Assembly (NCBI RefSeq): GCF_006345805.1
Contig: NW_021832921.1
Span: 1 to 29,622, forward strand
Direction: 5' to 3'
From: Octopus sinensis
Taxonomy: Eukaryota
DNA: 29,622 nucleotides
Below are positions 21,401 to 29,622 of this stretch, in pieces. Made by a program: the position numbers and the translations under genes. Numbering within the stretch: the first letter of the stretch is position 1; each line of letters opens with the position of its first letter. The notes below the pieces were generated by a model. The model made no database searches and was not told where the DNA came from. It saw nothing but the letters and a program-made list of their open reading frames with translations.

Positions 21401-22734
21401 AATCGCTTTTAGAGCATGAGCTAAACACCGACAAAATTCTTGGATTTCCGCCTAAAATAGGAACAAATTTGCTGATTTTGTTTGTCGCATTTTTCACTGG
21501 AAAATTCTTGTAATTATGTTATTACTAGTATCGAAACCAGAGATAAATGTTTAAAACTACATTTTTAGTTCACTGTACTCAAAATATTCAATCAGGAAAA
21601 TATCTATGAATATTTTTCATCATTATTATTTTAGCAATTCACTCTTTAAAAAAAAAAGATATTATAACTATTTTTTGCCAATATCACAGGAATTTATGCA
21701 ACTTAATATGTTATATCACTGTAATGATGTGTATTCTGATGTATTGATAAAATATTTCTTTTCTCGATCAAGTTAAAATAATATGCATATACAATAATTG
21801 CACATTGCTTTTACGAGTAAATAAACGTTTAAATTATATATATACACATATACATGTGTGTGTGTATTCAAATATAAAAACGCGTATTGTATATTTTATT
21901 ATTATGGAGATTAAGCAATGATATGTTTATATATAACAAAAAAAAACTTCCTTTCCCATCACCATCAATATTTTCATTCTTAAGTAAGGAAAAAATCTGG
22001 AAATTTCCTTTAATAATTCTAGCTACAAAACACAATCATATCGACATTCGAGGAAGCTTTCATTCTACCCCTTTTCCCAACTGAATCATGTTCAAATTTA
22101 TAGAAATATATTTACTGTCATTAAAATGAAGACATTTGGCCAAATCACAATAAATGAAATATTTTAAATATTTGAGAAAAGAAAAAAATTAGATTTCATT
22201 CTAAAATATATATTAATGCAAAATTTAGTAGAAGCGTTCTTTTTTCTTTTGTTATAGAAAAACTTATACTTTTCTGAATTGCTGCTGACTGGCCGGATGC
22301 TTAAGAATATTATTTCGTAACTACTATGTATCGAGTTCTATCCTACTTCATGGTATGGTGAGCATTTCCCATTTTCTATATCCCCAGGTCAACGGAAACT
22401 GTGATTTGTGTCTGTAATTAAAAAAGAACTGGCTTGTCTCTCTCTCTCTCTCTCTCTCTCACACAAGCACAAATACACACACACACACAAGAACAAACTC
22501 ACATGCACACACGTCGCCCTTGCTGATTTTGCTTGGGAATTAAGTTGACAGTACACATGTTTGTGGAGTACTCAGCCACTTACACGTTAGTTCGGGAGCA
22601 AGTAATTCAGCTGATTGACCAAATGAATCATCATCACTAAAGGATGGAGATCCCACAACTCACCTTTCTTCTTATAGATTCAGATTTACACACACACACA
22701 CGTTTATACACACACGCACACATACACACACATG

Positions 22735-22783
<49 letters not shown>

Positions 22784-22795
22784 CACATACGTACA

Positions 22796-22870
<75 letters not shown>

Positions 22871-23073
22871 GTAAATACAGAGAAAGTGAGAGAGAGTCAG
22901 AAAGAGAGAAAGAGAGACACATAATTTATATAAATAAATTTATTGTTACTAAAATGAGAATATTTCACTCAAATATACCAAACAAAATGCCTTAATGTGT
23001 AGAAAAGTATCATTCGCAATTAAAATGCAATTCAAAATAAGTTTTTTTAATACAATTTACATCAATTATTTAC

Positions 23074-23103
23074 CTCTTCTATTCTGGCAAGGAATCTAAA
23101 TAT
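23074..23103 (-). CDS. Candidate 30-nt frame-preserving microexon IFRFLARIEE (phase 0-0)
   Basis: ttttctactatctatctag|ATATTTAGATTCCTTGCCAGAATAGAAGAG|GTAAAT; only phase 0 is open. Confidence 0.2.
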
Positions 23104-23398
23104 CTAGATAGATAGTAGAAAATACATTTTGCAGCAGCTTTGGAAAACAATTTTTTTTTAGCACCAAACATCTTTACCATCGAATATATCAAGGTTTGGT
23201 AAACACTCACATCAATTCATTTCGCTAAGGGCACTATGTGTCGTTTAGCAAGTAAACATGGATAAGAAAAAAGGCGATACAATTCAGGAGAATTGAAAAG
23301 ATAAACTAGCAATTGGTATTTTAAAAGAGAATAAGAGAAAAAGTATCGACTTAATTAATATATCTAACGGCTACGAGGGAAGTAATGAACTCACTAAC

Positions 23399-23433
23399 CT
23401 GCTAGTTCAGCCACCTACTCTGTAGTTTTTAAG
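23399..23433 (-). other. Candidate 35-nt non-coding or poison exon (15-nt LKNYR if the GTAGGT donor at 23418 is used)
   Basis: A ~150-nt polypyrimidine tract ends tcttgcactttcag| (23434). The donor is CAG|GTTAGT (23398). The 35-nt form has stops in all frames. Confidence 0.3.
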
Positions 23434-24133
23434 CTGAAAGTGCAAGATAGAGGGCGAAGGAAGAAGATAGAAGGAGAAGACCGTTGGAGTAGAAGAAGGG
23501 AAAAGTAGAGGAAGGAATATAATGAGGGTGGAGAAATGAGAGAAAGGGAGAGAAGAGAAAATGGGTAACAGCAGAGAGAGTTGGTCTGAGGGAGAAATAT
23601 CTTTTTATTGAAAAAAGTTGTTGAGGTGGTAGCTGACAAATAATTTCTGAAACTGAACACATTAAGCGCCAAATCTTTCACAATCCCCAGCGTTTTATAA
23701 AGCTACATTAGACAATAGAGTTATAAAGTTACTGATATACAAAGGAGAGGATTGGTATAGGCAGAGCGTGGTGTTTTTTTTTTCCTAAAAGGCGGCTAAC
23801 CTGGAAAGTCACGACAAAAGCAGTGGAGATTTAGAGGTGGTGCTTTAGGATTCTACGCAGCTGAATGACCTAATTCATATGAGAGTAAAATGCCCTTTAA
23901 ATCCCAGCCTACCTTTAAGCATTAATAAATGATATATTTAAATGAAGTTCCATAAATATTTTTGGAGAAAAGGGAAAAAAAATCTGTTGCGGATTCTCCA
24001 AATGTTATCTATAAGCTGCTCAGTGAAGATTTCTAGGACATTCCAAAGATTCCATCACAGGTTCTTTAAACGAGTAAATGTACACAGTTGGGCGTGTACA
24101 TAGATTAACAAACACACGAACTTTCCAACATAC

Positions 24134-24200
24134 TTAAAAACACCGGAAACTCTCTTAACACAAAAAGTCTAGTCGCTTCGTTAGCGACCGACTTCAACTC
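24134..24200 (-). CDS. Candidate 67-nt exon ELKSVANEATRLFVLREFPVFL (phase 0 to 1)
   Basis: ttttttctttgtgttttatttaatttcttcaaaaag|GAGTTG...TTTTTAA|GTATGT; only phase 0 is open. The upstream donor ATG|GTAAGG (24555-24553) would supply an in-frame Met across a 352-nt intron. No homology recognised. Confidence 0.35.
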
Positions 24201-24552
24201 CTTTTTGAAGAAATTAAATAAAACACAAAGAAAAAACGTACACACACACACACAACACACACATACATATATACATTCATACATACACACATACATACCT
24301 ACATACATACACACATACATACCTACATACATACATACATACATGCATACATGCATATGGATGTAGTTAACAGTGTTTAATCAGAGTGGGTGTCTGTGAA
24401 TACACGTCATTGAAAGGGCCCAACTAGGCTGAAATACACCTGGCCTTAAAGTAGCTGCTGCTCGGACGATTTCCCTCTCGCTCCGATGTATAAATTATGT
24501 TGTCAAACACTGCACGCTCATACGAAATGTTAGGTCTGGACGAATACCTTAC

Positions 24553-24721
24553 CATATTTGGCTTTCAGCGATGCGTCTTACATTGAGTATGGTATATACA
24601 TGGTTATTATACACTAATGCTGATCCTATTGCATATGACATATACATGTGTGTGCCTGTATGTGTGTATGTGGTGTGTGCGTGTATGGTATATGTGTATG
24701 TATTTGTGTATGCATATACAA

Positions 24722-24803
<82 letters not shown>

Positions 24804-24829
24804 GCATGTGTATGTACTCTTTTGTGTAT
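24553..24829 (-). other. Candidate upstream (UTR) exon containing a (TA)n tract and ending in ATG
   Basis: Acceptor gttaacaatagtttcttcctttcag| (24830) and donor ATG|GTAAGG (24552). Confidence 0.25.
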
Positions 24830-25074
24830 CTGAAAGGAAGAAACTATTGTTAACGCGTCGCATTTCAAATTATTATAAAACATTATCCCTTAAATATTTG
24901 CTTTTTTTTACGTAATTTTTATGAATACCGCGTTGCGGCACATTAAACGTGTAATAAAATAGAGTAACCATTATCATAAAACGTTTAACACATTTTAAAA
25001 ATACGAAGTGCAGTCTTTCTGTCATTTCTATGTGTCTACGTTTGTCTGCCTGTCTCTCAGTCTGTCTGTCTGTC

Positions 25075-25560
25075 TGTATGTATACGTGCAGGTTTGTATG
25101 CATTGTTTTATGTATGTATTCTCATGTATATAACTACATATCTAGACATGCTCGTATATATTTAAATGATAAACTCATGGAACTATTACAGATTTTTACA
25201 GTTCCAGTGATGGATTTGATCTGTAGTCTTCGAATTAACTTTCTCCTTTCTGGTTTTGAGAAGCCTAATTTCTCAAGATCGGTATTTAGGCGGTGTGTTA
25301 CATATCCCAGGGCACCAATAATTACAGGTAGAAAACTGGACCTGTAATCTGGATAGAGTAACTGCAGATTTCTCACTAGCTCAGCGTAGGTATTCACTTT
25401 TTCACCGATCTTCAGCTTTATACTAACTTCTGCAGGAAATTTGACTTTCACAACAGTACACAGTTTCTCTCCTCTATCCCAAATCCTTATATCAGGTCTG
25501 TTGTGCTTACATTTTAGTGGGGTCTTCACTGGAACATTCTACCCGTATTCCTTTTTATTA
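25075..25560 (-). mobile_element. RLE-type (R4/Dong/Hero-like) LINE 3' fragment including the PD-(D/E)xK endonuclease motif
   Basis: ORF 25529-25134 plus upstream sequence reads NKKEYG*NVPVKTPLKCKHNRPDIRIWDRGEKLCTVVKVKFPAEVSIKLKIGEKVNTYAELVRNLQLLYPDYRSSFLPVIIGALGYV.... The HNRPD...EK..Y..L...P(V/I)IIGALG pattern is the RLE domain of early-branching non-LTR elements. The conserved acidic residue after VV appears mutated to K. Same family as 7314-7658. Confidence 0.92.
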
Positions 25561-25714
25561 TGAGTGGCTATGGCGTATGTATGTACGTACGTATGTGTGT
25601 GTGTGTATGTATATATGTATGAATGTAGGAATATAATTAGGTTTATTTGCATGTATATGTGCGTGTATGTATGCGCGAATGCCAAATTAATCTACCCCTC
25701 TCAAAAGGTCCCTG

Positions 25715-25935
25715 AATAAGGGTTGTTTAAGGATGTTGAACAAAACACCTATGTTTCCAGAAGTGAATTATTCAAACCCCAAAGAATCCCTCTCAACCTA
25801 TGGCTATGATGCTACCGACTATATCTGCTCGTGATCAGAGATGCACATATCACCAGCTACTAAAGGACATGTTTAAATGGTTAAGGTCCAACAACTGACA
25901 AGCAAATTTGTGATACTGAGTGGAATATTTGCTGT
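25715..25935. repeat. Unclassified interspersed repeat fragment
   Basis: AATAAGGGTTGTTTAAGGATGTTGAACAAAAC...GAATTATTCAAACCCCAAAGAATCCCTCTCAAC...CTGCTCGTGATCAGAGATGCACATAT is recalled as a common octopus repeat. There is no second copy in the window to verify it. Confidence 0.45.
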
Positions 25936-26381
25936 CCCGTCTATCCAATTTCACTGAAACCCACTGGGTACAATCGAAAATATTTAGACAAGACACCGAA
26001 TAGTCCAATGTGACTAGGAAGTGAACAACCTGACAAGCTATACCTAGACCTTATCTTTTGGTACCTTCTTCGATCAATAGGGAGACAGGTAGGCTTGGAA
26101 CAACTAAATTTCTATCAGAATCTTTTCCAGATTCGTAATATCGATAAAGACATTTTATTACGTTTGGAGGACCCTGAGTGCTGGAGTTACAATTTCTTTC
26201 AACCTAACAACTTGAAGAACTTACCAGAATCCAATGTGTTAGAAGTATGGCGAAAACCTTATATGGCTTGAAAGACTTCCGCTCTCATTTAGAATTGCCC
26301 AAGACGTTCATAGCTTCACTGTTATCAATATCAATATGGATATACATATACATACATGCATATCATACATACCTACATACT

Positions 26382-26415
<34 letters not shown>

Positions 26416-26644
26416 CATAAACATAAATACACACACACAGACGCACAAACACACACAGACGCACAAACACACACAGACGCACGCACACACACACAGACAT
26501 ATATATATATATATGTATGTATGTGTGTGTGTGTGGGTGTGTGTGTATATGGAACAAAACAGTTTGATTAAAATTCATTGATAATCCGAGTTCCAAGCGT
26601 GATGCTAATCTTCACCTATTTTGAATTTGAATATATATTAAAGC

Positions 26645-26724
26645 ATGCTTAGGCACGCGTCTTCACTGGAAGAAACTATCAGTAGCTCTTATCTTATATG
26701 TGTACAAGAAATAATATATATATA

Positions 26725-26775
<51 letters not shown>

Positions 26776-26806
26776 CTATCTCTCTATCTCTTTCTATATA
26801 TATCTG

Positions 26807-26863
<57 letters not shown>

Positions 26864-27020
26864 TACATACATAGTTACATACATCTATCTATCTATATAT
26901 ACATATATATAGTTACATGCATGCATACTTGCATGCATGCATGCAGGTATACATACATGCAGGCATACATCCATACATACATATATTCATTCATTCATAC
27001 ATACATGCATACATACATAC
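26645..27020. repeat. Compound (TA)n/(TACA)n microsatellite region
   Basis: Direct reading; the tract is dominated by TA and TACA units from ~26710. Confidence 0.9.
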
Positions 27021-27391
27021 AAAATGTAACCTAGCGCGCAGTCATCCATTTCTTTATGACATAATTCATACACCCGACTCCAAAACGCAATAACTCGGAA
27101 GTAAACCAATTTTCTTATACCATAATTGATGACAAGAGTCAATATTACGTGAAAACATTTTTTGGTACTCTCATTCTATTATCTATTAATAAATACTAAA
27201 TTGACAACATAAAATGTTACAACATAGAAAACACGCTAACGATAATTGGGGATATTACTAATAAACATGCAGTGATATTAACGTGATAGATAAAAAAATA
27301 TTACTGTCTTCTGAAATATCGGTGCTGGTTACAGATTGTGAATATATATTAGTGTTATTATTAATTTTTACATTTTGCTTGATAGCTTTAC

Positions 27392-27484
27392 CTCGATGTT
27401 GATGTAAATGGTTGTACGATTTAAGGTCGTTATCTGAATGCCTACACGGTGTTAATCTATGCTTGCTAATCCGCTCTGCGTGAG
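27392..27484 (-). CDS. Candidate 93-nt symmetric (phase 1-1) coding exon (A)HAERISKHRLTPCRHSDNDLKSYNHLHQHR of an unidentified gene
   Basis: Strong acceptor gtatattctcttccttttgcag| (27485) and donor GAG|GTAAAG (27391). The length is a multiple of 3, only one frame is open, and the sequence is unique and relatively GC-rich. This is the best exon candidate in the window, but no homology was recognised. Confidence 0.45.
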
Positions 27485-27811
27485 CTGCAAAAGGAAGAGA
27501 ATATACACATGTAGATCTAAATATCAACATGGCGACGTACAAGTCAGAAATGTATTGAAGGGGAACAAAAGTAAACAACATCTACCATAAAAATCAAAAC
27601 AGAAGTTCATATATTATCTAGGGTTTCTCTGACATTACTAACATTTGTTGTAACACAGTTCGTGTTGTTGTTGCTGATGATGTTATGGATGTATAGACAC
27701 ACATATGTATAAAATTTGAGGATGTATTAACCTCCAAGGAAATATATTAACCATCTAAGGAATACTGGTTCAGTACTTAGTATTTAGGAGGGATGGAATT
27801 ACTTTAAGACA

Positions 27812-27876
<65 letters not shown>

Positions 27877-27911
27877 GATTATTATTGTTATTATTATTAT
27901 TATTATTATTT
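27812..27911. repeat. (ATT)n microsatellite
   Basis: Direct reading; source of the poly-Ile ORF 27799..28113. Confidence 0.97.
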
Positions 27912-29006
27912 CGAATGGGCATACTGATACCAAAAACCTGGCGTTAGAACTCATCATACATTGATTGGCTTCGAAAGAAAACGTCAGTGGAGTACAGAGA
28001 TCAATAGTTAAAAGGTAAATGAATGACAAGGGAATATGCATTTCTGTCAGGAATTTTAAAGCGGTTTCTGCTATAAGATGCAAGAGGTTCATTGATGAGA
28101 GCTTGCGCATCACCTTATAATTTTATCGTTGTTTTAAATATAGATGTAGTTGTAGGATATAGGTAGACATGTATACACATATAGATACAGACAAACATAT
28201 GTGTGTGTATGTGTGTGTACGTGGGTGTTTTGCCGTGTGTGGAAGGAAATGGAAATAGAGAAGCGAACAGGTAGAGAGAAAGGTAAAGACAAAATGGTTG
28301 TGAGTTATATAATAAAGGATGAACTCCAGTTTTGGAATGTCATCTATTTTTATATAAGTATACAGGAAATAGAGCTGTCACAGACACGCGCGCCCGCTCT
28401 CTCACACACACACACACATACACATACACATGCTGAAACACATACAGGAGGAGACACACAAATCGAGTTATCTTTCACTGACATTAAAATGTAACTAAGA
28501 AGTCACCAGGTTGTGGAGTTGTTATAGAATTACACATATTATGGAAAAAAAGAAAAGTTGAGTGTTGTATAGGACACCAACAAATAGATATCATATATAT
28601 ATATATATAATTATATATATACATACACACAACATAGATATATATATATATATATATATATAATTATATATTCATGCAAGTGCTTATGTATACATTCATC
28701 TCTCTGTATATTCCACCTACTTTTCTTTTTTAAAAAATCGAAGATAAAGCCGTTTTCTAGCGTTGGGAAAGGCCTACCTCATTAGAACTCCGACTTCAAC
28801 GTGGTAATACAGTTTATATATTTGTAGGTATAAATAATATTACATATTATATATATATATATATATATATACTATATATATTATATATCTATATATATAA
28901 TATATATATATATATACATATATATACACTTACATTTAATAGATACGTATATGTCTATCAATATATATACATATACATATATATATATACTTATATATAT
29001 AGTATG

Positions 29007-29048
<42 letters not shown>

Positions 29049-29622
29049 AGGCACGTATGAATACTCGTATATAATTGCAATGCGTGGATATTATTGCATA
29101 GGTGTGTCTGTGTATTGTAATATGTGCATACCAACATACATTTACATTCTCTATACGTCTATATACACTTATCACATGTTATAACAATACCTCTTGAAAA
29201 TGTACTTGATAGTTTCAATGCGCCCTGGATTCGTTGAAGCGGTGATCTTCTAATTAGGCGCCACCTTTCTAGTTTTCAACATTAGTACGGAGGTAGGTTA
29301 TCAGGTAACCAAGTGGTTCAATAATAGTAGTTAGCAATCAAATTTTCGGCATTGATATATGACGGATTCTAAACAATGTGAATGAAATTAGTATTAAATA
29401 GAACGAAGTGATCTGAATGCTGAAGGGTGATCGAAAAATATAAAAGAAAATATGAACCATCGAATGGCCATGATGATCCAATTGAATAAAATATGAACCC
29501 AAGGCCTCCAAAGGTAAAATAAAACCACTGAGTTAGACTGGCCATTCTAAGCCAAATGTTTCTCTCATCCCCAATGCTCTTACGCGCTGCACTTTTTGCT
29601 CTCTTTTTTATATCATGTTTCG

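Noticed and set aside
22658-22690. Strong minus-strand donor AAG|GTGAGT (22663) with a possible 7-nt exon AAGAAAG
   Set aside because: The acceptor lacks a pyrimidine tract and the site lies between a repeat fragment and a (CA)n tract.
26225-26266. 42-nt minus-strand exon PYKVFAILLTHWIL before CTG|GTAAGT
   Set aside because: The donor is good but the acceptor is weak, and longer versions have stops in all frames. It is kept only as a donor in the gene hypothesis.
29220-29273. GCGCC...GGCGC inverted repeat followed by CTAGT as a second Helitron end
   Set aside because: The stem is only 5 bp with a ~30-nt loop, which does not match the compact Helitron hairpin.

Overview
This is AT-rich, microsatellite-dense animal DNA that looks intronic or intergenic. 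The (TA)n/(TATC)n/(CA)n/(AAT)n load and three tRNA-derived CORE-type SINE families resemble a coleoid cephalopod, most likely Octopus; this is recognition from memory, not a database search. I found no complete protein-coding gene, rRNA, true tRNA or CRISPR array, and almost all ORFs in the track are translated microsatellites. Well supported features are about ten SINE copies or fragments, three 3' fragments of restriction-like-endonuclease (RLE) LINEs from two families, one RTE-LINE 3' fragment, an ~850-bp mariner derivative made of two head-to-head 5' ends, Penelope-like fragments in (TA)n (one inverted pair, one with a hammerhead-like fold) and a Helitron-like 3' terminus. More speculative is a minus-strand series of acceptor/donor pairs (27484-27392, 24829-24553, 24200-24134, 23433-23399, 23103-23074, 18050-18034, 16033, 6840-6747, 4090-4071). 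These could be alternative first exons and microexons of an unidentified gene, and one is an AG|GT site with recursive-splice geometry. They need RNA-seq, because such motifs also arise by chance in AT-rich DNA.
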